This document shows, one piece after another, positions 1 through 30,338 of a stretch of DNA of 60,000 bases; positions within the stretch are counted from its first letter, which is position 1, and the number at the start of each line of letters is the position of its first letter. The stretch is from Camelus ferus. Lineage: Eukaryota. A program made the position numbers and the translations under genes. The notes under the pieces are model-generated. The model made no database searches and was not told where the DNA came from. It saw only the letters and a program-made list of their open reading frames with translations. The stretch covers positions 70,992,001-71,052,000 of the forward strand of contig NC_045696.1 of the NCBI RefSeq assembly GCF_009834535.1, written 5' to 3'.

Positions 1-1
1 C

Positions 2-202
2 CTTCAGCCTGGAGATTCTCCTTCCCCAGCCCATCCTCCTCCTGGACAATACACCCTCTTCTCTCCTTCACCCCCCTTACCCATCCCCATGGTCCAGCTC
101 CAACCCCTCCTTCCTGACCCCTCTGCTATCACACCCAACTCTACCAGTCCTCTTCTAGTTGCAGCCCATCCTCACTTCCGGAATCTGTCTCAGGGAGAGT
201 AA
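2..202 (+). CDS. THPO: Thrombopoietin, C-terminal part of last exon (5'-partial)
   Basis: Frame from nt 2 reads [66 protein letters not shown], stop TAA 200-202. Matches the TPO Pro/Ser/Thr-rich tail (human ...GQYTLFPLPPTLP...QNLSQEG) and the known THPO-POLR2H-CLCN2 synteny. Confidence 0.95.
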   Translation, partial: LQPGDSPSPAHPPPGQYTLFSPSPPLPIPMVQLQPLLPDPSAITPNSTSPLLVAAHPHFRNLSQGE

Positions 203-291
203 GGTACTCAGGCACTGCCAACCTCAGCATTGCCTCCCACATACAATCCCCTTACTCAGAGGAGAGGCATTGGGACACAACTGCAGCTAGA

Positions 292-612
292 CAGGCATAC
301 CTCATTTTATGGCGCTTCATTTTATTGTGCTTTACAGATACTGCATTTTTTACAAATTGAAGGTTTGTGGCAACCTTGTGTTGTCAGATCATGGTTAGCA
401 TTTTTTAGCAATAAAGTATTTTTAATGAAGGTATATACATTGCTTTTTTAGACATAATGCTATTGCACTCTTTAATAGACTACAACATCGTGTAAACATA
501 ACTTTTATATGCACTGGGAAACCAAAAAGATTCCTGTGACTCACTTTATTGTGATATTCACTTTATTCCAATGGTCTGGAACCGAACCCACAATATCTCC
601 GAGGTATGCCTG
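292..612 (+). mobile_element. Internally deleted Tigger1 DNA transposon (MITE-like) in the THPO 3' UTR
   Basis: Terminal inverted repeats CAGGCATACCTC (292-303) and GAGGTATGCCTG (601-612). Both ends match recalled Tigger1 termini (TTTTACAAATTGAAGGTTTGTGGCAACC; GGTCTGGAACCGAACCCACAATATCTCC). Confidence 0.9.
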
Positions 613-1072
613 CACCAGATTTCCTGCTTTTGCCTGAAACCAAAGCTCTGGTAAAGGGAGACATGCAAGACAGAGAAAGTAGAATTTTTTTTACTATATA
701 TCATAAAACTTCAGAAGCTATTTTTTTTTAAACTATCAATAATATCTACCAGGGCAGCCAGTTACCTCTTGTCTATATTCTGCACAAATGTACAACTTAC
801 TAGTTCTCTTGTGTTCTTTTTTCATAAAATAATTCTGCAAAGGCCTGGACTAGCCTGGCTTCTGAACAGAGGTAGAGACTGACTGAGCTTCTCTGTCAGA
901 GAAAATGAGTTTTGATTTTCTGCTCTGAACTAAGGTTAGTCTCTTTACTTTTACTATATTGTTCTTAATGGGGCTCTGATCGCTTTTTCTTAGGAGATCC
1001 TTACTCTTGAGAAATGAATGAGAAGTTGTATCTGGGAAAGGTTGTCCCAATAGATAAAACTGAGCCTGTGTA

Positions 1073-1078
1073 AATAAA
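1073..1078 (+). terminator. Probable THPO poly(A) signal AATAAA
   Basis: AATAAA at the end of a region resembling the human THPO 3' UTR (AAAACTGAGCCTGT immediately upstream). Confidence 0.55.
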
Positions 1079-1779
1079 GAAAAAATGAGAGCACCCAAGA
1101 GCTACCTGAAAAGCAAGGGGAAGATGTTCTTCTTGTGGGGTCAACAGATCTCCCCCTGCCTGAGGAAAAGCTAACAGGAAACTCTGGAGAGCCTCACACC
1201 CTAGGTAAGGCTGTGCAGACAGGTCAGTCGAGACAAGACATAGATGTGACAGCTGAGCAAACAGCCAGTGCTTCAGCAGCTCAGCAGGGAGCTGCACCAG
1301 GCATGGGTTCCTGCCTCCCTCCTGTGGAGGTCAGGGGGAAGTGCAGGAAGTGGCATAAGTCCGTTTCCTAGGGTTCACACAGCAGGAGGGACAAGTACAC
1401 GTCAAGTACAAGTTGAAGTCTCATTTCCCAGTTCCTAGAAGTGCACCACATCTAAAATGCGGCCCTATGTGACCACATAAACTCTGTCAGGGGATCTCTA
1501 GAAAAGACATCAGGCTTATGGGGCTTTGCAAACAAATGCCATCTTGGTGCTTAGGAAGAGATCTCTACTGCCCCAAATAAAAACTCTATTGCAAAGTTCA
1601 GTGCTACCTCCAGAGGCTCCTGTAGCAAAACTAATGGAAACTTTTTCTTCTCCCACCTCAACTCCCCAAAGGAGAGGAAAAGCTACCATGTAGGAAGAGG
1701 AGCCAGGAACCTAGGGTTCCAAACACTGCCACAAATACCCCCAGGATCATTAAAGGCATTCCAAAACAGAATGAAAGCC

Positions 1780-1975
1780 AGTGTGCCAGGAACCTTATGT
1801 ACATTACCTTTTTTAACACGCACGTCTCTGTAAGGTGGGTACCCTCATCTCTACCTTACAGATGAGAAAATGGACTCAGAGAAGCCAGGCAAGTTCCCAA
1901 TGGTTTCACAGCCTGTGAGCAGGTAAAGAAACACCCTAGGCTGACTTAGTCTGGAGCCCATACTCTCCCCAGTGT
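1780..1975. mobile_element. MIR SINE fragment
   Basis: MIR core-like TTACAGATGAGAAAATGGACTCAGAGAAG. Boundaries approximate. Confidence 0.6.
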
Positions 1976-3871
1976 GGTGCACTGTCCACTGTATCAGTTA
2001 GTGACTCTATTTATTGGGAAAGATCTCCAAATCCTTAGGAAGTCAACACATCAACAGTTAAAGAGTTCTGCGTTGAAAACGAAAGCTCTTGGTGCAGGTG
2101 ACCAATTTGGACATCTCCAGGTGTCCCCCACTCCAGTCACAGACAGAACAGTTGCCATAGAGAAAAAAAATCAACAAATGCGCAAAGCTCAAAAGTGCTG
2201 TCCAAATCTCAGGTGGTGTCAGTTTCTGCATGGAAGAGAATCAGTTCATCCACACTACACATTCCAGCTGCACTCAATGGAGTGGCAAGTGGACCTTTTA
2301 ATTTACTGAAAGACTAAAGACTAAAGTAAGTTATATCTAACAATCAAATGAAATACTTATGGCACCTGAAAGCCAGTACCCAGGACGAAATATGTCAAAA
2401 GGACCAGAGACACAGAATTAAGGGCTCTCAGCACAGTCAGATGAGAGGCAAAAACTGCAAGAACTATGTAGCCAGAAAGTTCCAGGCATCCAGTACTGGC
2501 ATTTGACTTACCCCAGGGCAAATGCAAATAACTCACAGGCTTCTCCAGTGTGAAGCTGCCCCTATGGAGGACCTAACCTGTTCCCAAATCATTCTGTCTG
2601 GCTGACTGTGTCCCTTCTTCCCTTTATAGAAATGACAAAAACTGTTACAAGAACACTCTTATCTGTATTCAACTGTACGTCAGTTCTCTTCCTTCTGTCA
2701 CCCGGGGCAGCAAGACAGTCTGCTCTGCCACTCCTCAAACTATTATTGGTAATTAGGTTCACTCTAACCTAAATCTATTCTTCTCCAACCCCTGCAAGAA
2801 AATCTGAAGGCAGGGAAAGGTTCTAGGATTCCATAAAAATTCATCCCCACCCCCACTTCATCTCCTATTTCCCTCTCCCATCACCCCCACCCCACAGTAA
2901 AGCAAAAGAAACACCTTTTCCTCCCCCCTGCAGAGGCCATTCATTTTCAACCCATTTCCCTAAATACTATTTCTAACACCTGATGTAAAGACCTGAAAAT
3001 GATAGGGAAGGAAATACCCCAGGCATCCCAGCAGGAGGACCAGCTCCATGGCAAAACCAGGAGAGCAAAAAAGACAACTGCTTAATACACACTCACAATC
3101 TTTCTAGATTGTTACCCTGGGCTTCCCTTGTAAGCACCACCATTTCCTCAACTTTGTTCTCCCCCTACTTTTAAATTAGTGACTGCAGTCAGGCTGTTGT
3201 ATTGTCCTGGGCACTGGCACTGGACTGCCAACCTCATTGGTATTGCTGCCCTGTCCACTTCAGTGGTCTGCACGGCAGCTCCCCATTCAGTGTCACTGGT
3301 AAAAACCACCACCACTTACCCTCCCTCCAGGTCAGCACCAGAATGTAGAGCAGAGAGCTAGCTCCTCCACCTGCTTCCATAACCACCAAATTGCTCTTCC
3401 TCTCCTCTTCAGAGTCGTGTCCCATGCCTGAGTCTAAAAGCCTCAACCCAAAGCTTCCATAAGAATGATGAACATTTCCAGGCTATGCAAGTGACTCATT
3501 CAAGTCAACGTGCTCTGACTTCCTAAGCAATGGAAAGGGTTGGAAGGACACAGCAGGGCTCCTTGCCTATTCAAAATTCTATGCCAAATGGGTGGTATCT
3601 TCCGGCCTGGGGTGCCCTCAGGAGACAAAAGTACAATACTGTCTCCCAGATAGAAAATCACATTGGAGGACAGATGCTGGAGGTAGTCAGCCAGCAGGCT
3701 GAGACAACCCTCAACCCAGATACAAGAGGTTGATAGATCCTACCTGACATGTGAACATCTGGCGGTGGGCCAGAAACATGATGTACCGTACACAAACTGG
3801 AAAAAATGATTTTAAAGTAAATGGAAAAAATTTTTTTAAAAAGGAAGGGGAAAGAGTCTGAGAAAGTAAAG

Positions 3872-3877
3872 TTTAAT
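3872..3877 (-). terminator. Probable POLR2H poly(A) signal ATTAAA
   Basis: TTTAAT on +, about 210 nt after the stop, followed by U-rich sequence on the minus strand. Confidence 0.6.
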
Positions 3878-4089
3878 TTTAAAAAGCATCCACATGAAAC
3901 AACTTCTGATTCCTTTTAAGCTCTCCCATTGAGTCTTTCACAAGCAAGTCGGTTTCCCGTTGAGTCCAGACCTCCTAAAGATGCAGCCACAGTGGACAGA
4001 AAACAGGTAAACAAGAGCGACTGCTCCTTGGGCTTGAACGAATATCCATGACCTGAGTGACTGAGCAGCAAGGTTGGCTTCTGGGTGGT

Positions 4090-7800
<3,711 letters not shown>

Positions 7801-9290
7801 TGGGTCCATCCAGTTTGGGAATTTGCCATGATATTACCATGAGAAAAAGGAAAGCCTGCACTGTCCCCTCCCCTGGTATTGCACCCTCCTCACCCTTGCT
7901 CTCCTCCCTCGCACCGCCCCTTCAGCATGGCATTAACCCCTTCACACTGCCCTCCTCAAGCACTGCCTCTTCAGCAAGGTTCTGCCTTTACCCCTACCAG
8001 AGCCCTCTCTGGACACTGATCTCCTATGAGCCCCTTCATCCTGGCACTGTCCTCTCCTACGGATACTACCTCTTCCTTTACATTTCCCCTTCCTCTAGGG
8101 TGCTGGTTCTCACATTGCCCCCTTCCTGGTCACTACTTCCTCCTCCTGGGAACCCCCTCTGCCTCCCACGTGCCCATTCACCCTGGAACTGCCTCCTTCC
8201 CACACTGCCTGTTTCCTGGGCACCGGCCTCTCCCCTGACACTATCTCTGACACTGTCCATCCACCTTGCGCTTACCCCACCCTCTGCTCTATCGTTCTCC
8301 CGACCCTGATGGAGAACACAGAGCCCCAGCAGACTGTTCCCCGATGGCGGCTAGATGTCAGCAGCTACTCGGGTTTCTCCTTGGGCCTTGTCAGGGAGAA
8401 ACGACCTCTGTTCCACCACGCCCGCCTCCCAGGAGCGGCCTCCTTGGCACCTAGACCTCCCTTCCCTCTGGCCTCACCCCTTGCCGTTCCCTCCCCACCT
8501 CCACCCACCACCCCGCCCCCGCACACTCTGCCGGCCAGATTGCTCCCTGGGGGAGCCGCAAAGAAGGGAAGGAGAAAGGAAGGGGGTGAGAAAGACCGAG
8601 GGTCCCAGTTCCAAGCACCCCCTTCTGGGCCTAGCGTCCCCCTCCAAGTCCCTCTAGTTTTGTTTCTCACCCCTCGACGGAGCAGAGGGGCCAGGCCAAG
8701 CTGGTCTGGGCCATTGGCCCCGCCGGAGAAGCAAGAGAGGGAGCCACTCCTGAGAGAGAGATTGGGCCCCAAAGTCTGATTGAGACGGCTCTGCAGCCCC
8801 CGGGCTCAGGCCTTACTGGGCCCGGCATCTTCAGTCCCCTCCCGCCCAGGCGCAGGGAGCCGCAGACCCGGCCTGGCCAGGCCCCTGCACGTGCTGGAGG
8901 ACCCGCCTCGGCTCTGGCCCCGGACTCCCCTCTTCAATCACCGGCCTCTGCGGAGAGCGGGCGCGGGCTCGCGCGTTCCAAGCGCCCCCTGCTGCCTCTC
9001 CGGAGCCTGGGAGGCGGCCCCAACCTGGACCCCGGCCGGGCTAGGCCGGCTCCTGTGGATGGGCCGGCGGGCGGAGCAGCACGGAGGGCACCGCCCTCGG
9101 CCCGCCCGCCGAGGAGGGGACGCGAGCGGGAGGCTCCGCCAGCGGCGCCCGCCCGGGGCCCGCCACACTCTGCACTCGGCCGTCCGGGCTGCGGGAACGG
9201 GACGGGTGTGGGCGCAGGCTCCGCGGGTCGGGAGTCGAGTCCGGGCCAGAGCCCGAGCCGCCGCGGGAGGCCAGAGGGCTGTGAGCGGAG

Positions 9291-23103
<13,813 letters not shown>

Positions 23104-23418
23104 TCCCCTGGAAGGGCAGCCCGGATCCTACACCTCTCCTGTTCCTCCTGCCTTGGGAAAGTGGGAGCACCAGCCCCGCTTCCAGACGTGGGGTGCTAGC
23201 TTCTCGTGGCTCATCCTACCTGGAATCTGACCCAGTGCCTACCTGCAGCAAGTGTCCCAAGGGCAGGAAGATCAGCACTGCCCAGCAGGATGGGGAAAGG
23301 GTCACGTGACCCCTGCTCCCCCTTTGAGGGGGGAAGGGGTAGAACTAAGATGGGTTTATACTGGAACCTCCAATGACCAGATGTATATAGAGATTTACAA
23401 AGATTTTTATATTAATTT

Positions 23419-23451
23419 AATAAAACAAATTCTTAAATAGAACAAAATAAA
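23419..23451 (+). terminator. CLCN2 poly(A) signals AATAAA (23419-23424, 23446-23451)
   Basis: Two AATAAA about 320-345 nt after the stop, in an AT-rich island. Confidence 0.7.
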
Positions 23452-24666
23452 CACCTAATGAGCCACTTATATATAGAATGCCTGTGCCCATCAGCTCTGT
23501 TCTTACCTTGGGCCCTCTCACCTGCCAAAGCCTACAAGGCTCCAAATTTCAGCAGCCACCCACACCCACCACGGCTGTAACACTCCAGAGCCCGCAGTCC
23601 ATGGAATGCAGGATCTGCAGTGGCCATCACCATTTGTTCATCAATACCCTGGCTGGGGCAGAGGCCCCTAGAAAGGTAGTTTTGTCCTTTCATTCAGCCA
23701 AGAAAGGCACTACCTTCTTTCCTCCCTGAGGAGAGACACTCCTCAGGACTGTCCCTCGTTGGCACAACTCCTGCAGACAACTGCCCGGCCACTGTGTGGC
23801 CCCCTTGTGGCCCTCTCCAGAAGAACATCCAAATCTCCACTCTGGCAACCAGAGCCATCCCTTCTTCCAATGCCACCACCCTAAAGAGAGCTCTGTGTGA
23901 ATGGGGCAGCCTGCTGGCTGTGAGGCCCCAGGATCCTGCCCCTGTGTCCCACAAGGGGCTGGGAAAGGGCCCAGACCCCATCACAGGGGCCAGGAAAAGG
24001 ACCAAGAGAGTACAGGCTTTCATCATTCTGATGCCTCCCAGAGAAGATTCCACTGAAAGAACAGACCATACCCCTCTTTAGGAAAAAGAAGATTTAGAGA
24101 CGATGGAGAGGTGAAGCACAGCACGAGCCCAGGTGGGCAAGGGGCCCTCGAGGGGTGGCTCAATCTGTCCGCTCCTGGAGGGTCAGAGCCGGCCCCCCTG
24201 GAGGGGATGATTCTGCCAAGCACTGCACATGGACTCGGAGGTGAGGAGAGAAGCAGAGAAGAGAGGCAGGAGGACGGGGCAGGGGAGGCCAGGCTCCCTC
24301 CCGCTCTACCCCACACAGCCCAGTCACAACCGCCCCCTTAGGGGTTCACATCATCTGAGGAGAAAATGTGTACGTGGTGTTTTTGATTTAAGAACATGAA
24401 CATCACTGTCTGCCACAGCTGTAGCCATGCCCCAGGGGCCCCAGGCAAACCCCGGCAAACCCCAGGAGTGGGGGCAGGACATGCGCCCCCAGCCTGGCCC
24501 CTGCGTCCTCTGGAACACTTTCATGCAAAACACACAACGGAGTGAGTGCTCCCAGGAGCCCTCCAGGCTTTGAAGCTCTGCTGGAAGCCTCACCCGAGCT
24601 GGGGCACGGAGGCTCTGTCCCCAGCAGCAGCCAGGGGACACATGCCACCACCGGGCATGATTTGGG

Positions 24667-27600
24667 TCACTGTTCCTCTGGCTCCACCTCTTCCTCGTCT
24701 AAGGATACCACCCCAGAAGAAGCTACATCAGAGGCTTGCTGCTGCCATTCCCAGCTGCCTGCTGGTGGCGGGCAGAGCGGCTGGCAGTCCTTGCAGGAGG
24801 CTGGCTCCTCCTCGGTGGCAGGGGAAAGGCAGGACTCTGTGAGGGGCGAGCTGTAGAGCGAGTCCTGGGCCTCCAACGGGCCCAGGCTGCGGAAGGCACT
24901 TTCCCGGCTGGGGGGCAGTTTGGCGAGGAGCAGCTCGTCGCCCAGCAGCTGGGAAGCCAGGCGGGCCGGGGAGCCCAGCAACCCGTCCTCCAGGCTGCAC
25001 AGACTAGAGCACAGGGTCTCTGGGGACACGGTCTGCGAGCAGTCGCTCTCGGGCTCCACGGAGCCCTGGCGCAGAGGCCGGGAGAATCGGTGGCCGGTGA
25101 AGAGGTCCTGGAGGTGAGGCCCCAGGGGCAGCTGCCCAGCCGTATCTGCAGAGGGAGAGGAAGGAGACAGACCTGCTAGCCCCATGTCAACTGGCCAGCC
25201 CGAAGGCCACGTCCCCCAGACTCCACCCTCATGGGAGCTAGATAACTTGGAGCAAGTCACTTAACCTCTTGGTGCCTTAGATTCCTTAATGGTGAATTGA
25301 GGGTTCTAACCTTATGGGGCTGTTGAGAGAATAACAGAGTGGTACACAGTAAGAAAGCAATGAATACAGGGATACCATACATGGTTGTGCAGGTTGCTCA
25401 CTGCACAAGGGGAACCTGTCCAAGACAGTGAGTGAAGGCTGAGATTCAGCCCTCACTCTCTTCACCAAGTAGCATGCCCTGGCATGGGGCTGTGCCTGCC
25501 CAAAAAGGGGGTGCCTTTTTCTAATTTGCACAAAGGTTCCACGTGGGCTAGTAGTGGCCTTGGATAAATATTAGTTATTATCATTATCCTGGGGGTCAAA
25601 GCAAGCCTGGAACTCAAACAAAAACACTTGTGGTTCACAGCTCCACCTTGGCCTCAAGCATCCAAATCAGTCCCCTCTAGACCACAGCAGCAGTCACCAA
25701 TCTGTTCTAATGTATTGCCCACCCTGGAGAACTTGTTAATTAGCTTGAGGGGTGGGGGTGAGTGAAGGCAATCTTCAAAGGCAAAGAGGTCAGGGGGGAT
25801 GGTGGCCTGTGAGACTTGAGCCCAGAAGCTACAGAGAAAGTCAGCCATGTGGTTGAGAGAATGGAAGATGAAAGGATGGCCTTTGCACAGCTGCATGGCC
25901 CCCGCAGGGTCCCCTCTGCAAGCACTGGCCTTGGGAAAGGCCCACAGGCAGGTCTCAGCTGGAAGGCAAGGATGCTGAGCTGGAGCCAGCGGGCCTGTGG
26001 GCGGTCCAGGCCCAGCAAGCCTTCCTGTTTGTCTGGGGCCCCAGCCCCGGGAGGAGCTGTGCTGCCACAGCCAGCCAGGAGGCTGCCTTGAGAGGGAAAG
26101 GCAAGGCACTGCAGACCCTCCCAGAGATCAGCTGCACAGAAGATGTCAGTGAGGTCTCTGGGCCTTTTTTTTCTCTTAAGGACTGCAAGGCTCAACTTCC
26201 CAGACCGGCAGAGGAGGCTTAGCACCTATGGAAAAGGAACCTACTCCATTTCCAATTGCTGACTGCCCACCCATAAGCGTGGACAGCCTCCTTCCTCTGG
26301 AATGTCGAGAAGTACCTGGACAGAGTCTGTCCCTCCCCTTCCTCCTTCCACAGGCTGAGGACATTCTGGAACTCCCCTTCCAAAACAAACGCTTAGCTCT
26401 GAATCACAAGGCTTATCAGGCAATTCCACCCCAGCTGGCAGCACTCACACAGGATGTCCCCTCACCTGAGTCAGTTCCCCCAGCAAAGTCCTCATCATAG
26501 GATTCATCCGTGGAGTCCTCACCATCCACTGAAGACCATGCCCGAAGCTTGGCTTCTGCAATGGCAAATTGCTCAGCCACTCCTGTCAGGAAGAACACAG
26601 AATTCATTTAGCAGAGAAAAGCTGAGGCTTGGGCACAGGAGAGGGGAGCCATTGGAGTGTGGAAAGACTCCAACCCCCACATCAGGCCCAAGGAGATGAG
26701 AGCGAGCATCCCTATGACAAACGTGTGGCTGACCCCCTTGCTGTACCCACCTGCTGCAAAGCGAGCCTCTTGTTCACCCTCGCTGAGGTCTGAATAGGAG
26801 GAAAAGGCTGATTCCAGGGCAGCAGGCGAGTCACTTGGCTTGCTCCAGCCCTTCCACTCAATGAGGTGAGCCACTCGGCCCTGGGCCATGGCGGTGGGCT
26901 TGGTCACGTGGTCCTTCACCACCTGGGAAATACCTGGAGATGGGGCAGAGTGAGGAAATCTGGTAAGGGCACAGGCCAGGGAGCATCTGGGAGGGAAGTG
27001 GAAGGGTGGTGGTAATTAGGGTCCACATATGCCTTTGGGTGGGCAGAGAGGGCTGGCATTCAGCTGAGAAAGGGAGGAAAAGGAAGATCCCAGCAAGAGC
27101 TCACAGGATACAGTCCCCAAGGGCATGGGCAAAAGGGAGAAGAAAGGACCAAATGGTCAAAAGCATGGGAAAAGATGCATACCATGCAGGGAGGATCTGG
27201 CCAGTGCAGCAATCTCCTGGATAGTTAGGGCTCTCCGGGACTTGGGCAGCATCGCGACTGTGTCTCCAACATTCACCTTGGGTGATAGCATTAGAGGGTG
27301 AGTGCCCCTCTGACAGCAGCGTCTCCCACACGTCTATACTCTACCCAAGGCGTCAAGGGGATATGGGAGCTGGGAAGAGATGTCAGGGTATTTCAAATGT
27401 CCCAGTGGCTGCTGGGATATGTAAGAGACTAAGAAGCCAGGATGAGCAAACTGTCCTCCTGGGGAGCAATGGAGACTCGGGCAGGCCCAAAGGAGCAGAA
27501 CAGCAGCTAATTCTCCACCTTCCCTGCCTACAGAGGGGAAGGAAGCAGGTTGGCAAGTAAATGGAGTGGGAAGATAGAAGAGGAAGGGACAAGGGTATGC

Positions 27601-30338
27601 CATCAGGTTCCTCTGGGTCCTTTCCCCCTTGCCCCTCTCCTCCTCTCAGTTTTCAGACCCACATTCTAGCTGTTTCTAGAGCCTACAGGGCCACAAACTC
27701 AGCATGACCAAAACCAAACCCAATACTTTGTTCCCATTTCCAGCCCTGCTTCCGGACTTCCTTACTTTGCATCACCCCACCATTCTCCCCTGCAGCCTGG
27801 CTCCAAGCCTCAGCATCACCATCAGCTCTCCCCTAAGCCTTGCTGACCCATATCTGTTGTTAAGACCTAATGATTCCATCTCCAAACTTCCTCTTACACA
27901 ACCCTCATCCTTTCTACTCCCGCTGCCACTGACCCTCCTTAAGGGTGAGCCCTCAGTGCCCTTTGCCCCGATTAGTACAAGTGGTGGTCCCCCCAAGCTC
28001 TAACTCCATGCTATTTTCTCAGCCCAGAATGTTGTGTAAATGTACCCCCACACACACCTCCCATGACTGTCTGGCTCTTTGTTTCTCATCTTTTGGGTCT
28101 TGGCTGAACCACTCCCTCAGAGAGCCTTCCTGGCCACCATACCAGTTGTCCATCCTCCCTCTGTAGTCTGTAACAAGTCACCATCCTCCATCAACATAAC
28201 CCCGTGTGTGCCATCATGGTCTATTTCGTATGTTTCCTTATTACTTGTTGGTCTTAGCTCTTGTAGTTTGTAACTCTTTGAGAAATTCAGTGTCTCTCAG
28301 TCACTGCTGCACCCTTGAGTTTAGCACAGTGCCTGGTACAGAGTAATCTCTCAAAACACATAAGCTGAATGAATGAGGCAAATTACAAATGTGAACAAAT
28401 TATCTTCCTGGAGTGCAACTGGTCACAACATGTCCTTGTTTAAAATCTTTTCTGGGCTCCTCCAACGCCCAATGAAGTGCAAGCTTCACAGTCAGGCACT
28501 GAAGGAACCCACTCTGTGAGGCCCTAGCCTCCTTCCAGGCCTGCTTGGAATCCACCCCTGATCTCCTCTGCCCAGGAAAAGCCCACTTCTCCACCTTCCC
28601 GGTAAGGAAGCAGCCCTCCTGCCTCCAGGCAAAGGAAAGCAACTTTCCCCTGGGCCTTGCCTGACAAAATGTTCTCTTATCATTTAAGGCCTGACTCTCA
28701 AGTGCCACCTCCTATTATGTTTTCAGTTCACAGTTTCTCTGTCTTCTTCAACGCCCCCACCCCCATCACAGCATTGCCTTTGCATCTTTCTTGAGGGATC
28801 TTGGGATGGTAAGGCCTAAATCTGATTCACCTGGGTTCCTTCCTCCACCCTGCACCTGGTTCAGTGCCCCCTGGCAGCCCCAGCAAACGCCTCCCTCAAT
28901 GAATGAATGAAATCAGAGGCACATGCCCCCTCCCCAGCATTTCCTAGCTCTCCTCCATTACGTTCCACCCCTCAGAAAGGGACTCCGCCTACCCCTTGAC
29001 CTCAAGCCTACCCTCTGTCCCTCCCCTTCAGTACCTGGCTGACAGGGCCCCCAAGGTGGCTCCGGCAGCTTCTGGCCAGGCCTGGGGGGAGGAGCACCTG
29101 CTGGGTGTTTTCTGGCTCGCTCTCCCTCCCTCCCATCACTCCCCTCAGCCACCGCCATCCGTGTCAGCGCTCCGCGCAGCTGCGGCCCAGGCCCAGAGAA
29201 AAGGTGTATGTCACCCTGGCAACCCATCACCATGCAACAGGGTCTCCCGGGATACGGCCCGGCCCGGGATGCGCTGACGTCAGGGCCCAAGGCGCAAGCA
29301 AGCCCGCCCGCTGGCACCGCGCCGAGCAGAGCAGACCGGCGCGGGGGCGGTCTTGCAGCCCTGCCGGCCGGATAGCGCCTCCGCTCGCAGGGAAAGAGAG
29401 CCAGAAGCAGACTGGCGAGGCGGGGGTGGAGTACACAGAATCTCTTGGTGTGGATGCGGGTGGTGGGGGCCGCCCCCCTTCCCTCTACCAACACGAAGGG
29501 CCCAGCACCTCTGGCAAGTCCTGGCTGTCCACGGAGGAAGGGCGGGAGGACCGGCTCCAGCCTCGGAGGGTCCGAGCAGATCCCAAGGAAGATAGAGAGA
29601 GGCCCCGAGGAAGTTCGATCCACTCCACAGCCCACGAGGGGTCCGAGGCCACTGAGGAGTGGGGGAAAGGCTGTTCAGTTTGGCTCCCATTTCTGCCAAG
29701 ATTCCCCCACCTCCTAGACTATAAGCAACCACCTGGTGCTCTCCACAAGCCTGAAAGCCCCTGTTCCACAGCCCTGACCTTCAGACCCCTGGGGCCATTT
29801 TGTGGCAGCCATTGGCCACTGTCCTCCTCAAGATATATTCTGCCACCAAAACCCTAAGTATGAAACCTAAACTTTGAAAAATTCTGAATCTTCTCGGGTT
29901 TCTCAGCCTACCTATTCCTCTTGGAAAGCACACCACATTCTTCCACCACCATCACCACCCTCTCCCCACCACCACCTTAGACCTTTTGCAGGCTTGCTGC
30001 CTTCCTTCTCTTGGTTCTTTCCTCTTGCCAGCCTCAGCTTGTACGCAGTTCTTTACTCTTTTCTGACAAATCTGTGATTTTTTCCACCTTTCACCCCAGT
30101 CCCCTAAAGCTTTTTTCTGATGCCTTGTCTGGTCCTATTTCAGCCTGGTTCCCAGTATCTAAGCCAGAGTAATTTTCCTCTTGCCACCAGAGCACCCTAC
30201 CCCTCAGCTTCCCATCACCTCCCAAATCACATCTCTGTCCCTGATCTCACCTCTGCGACTTGTCTGACAAGTCCATCGTCCTCCAGGCCCTTCACGCTGC
30301 CACAGAAACATTTTGCCCAGCACAGAAATCATAGGCAT
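24667..30338 (-). CDS. FAM131A: Protein FAM131A (MPMISVLG isoform, 367 aa, 6 coding exons)
   Basis: Exons 30338-30251, 29651-29509, 27276-27183, 26933-26751, 26582-26466, 25145-24667 total 1104 nt. [29 protein letters not shown]...[53 protein letters not shown]...EEEVEPEEQ*. Confidence 0.93.
27610..28380. mobile_element. L2 LINE remnant
   Basis: Pyrimidine-rich body ending in the L2 terminus TTAGCACAGTGCCTGGTACAGAGTA...GCTGAATGAATGA. Confidence 0.6.
29150..29420. promoter_or_regulatory. Internal CpG-rich element in FAM131A with RFX X-box-like sites and a full CRE
   Basis: GTCACCCTGGCAAC 29210-29223, ATCACCATGCAAC 29226-29238, GTCTCCCGGGATAC 29242-29255, TGACGTCA 29275-29282. Confidence 0.55.

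Noticed and set aside
23694..24053. ORF in the FAM131A 3' UTR with signal-peptide-like MMKACTLLVLFLAPVMG
   Set aside because: Short hydrophobic starts arise by chance; no promoter or family resemblance. It would need ribosome profiling or conservation support.
28958..29857. 225-aa and 250-aa ORFs
   Set aside because: GC-rich island overlapping a real FAM131A exon in other frames or strand.
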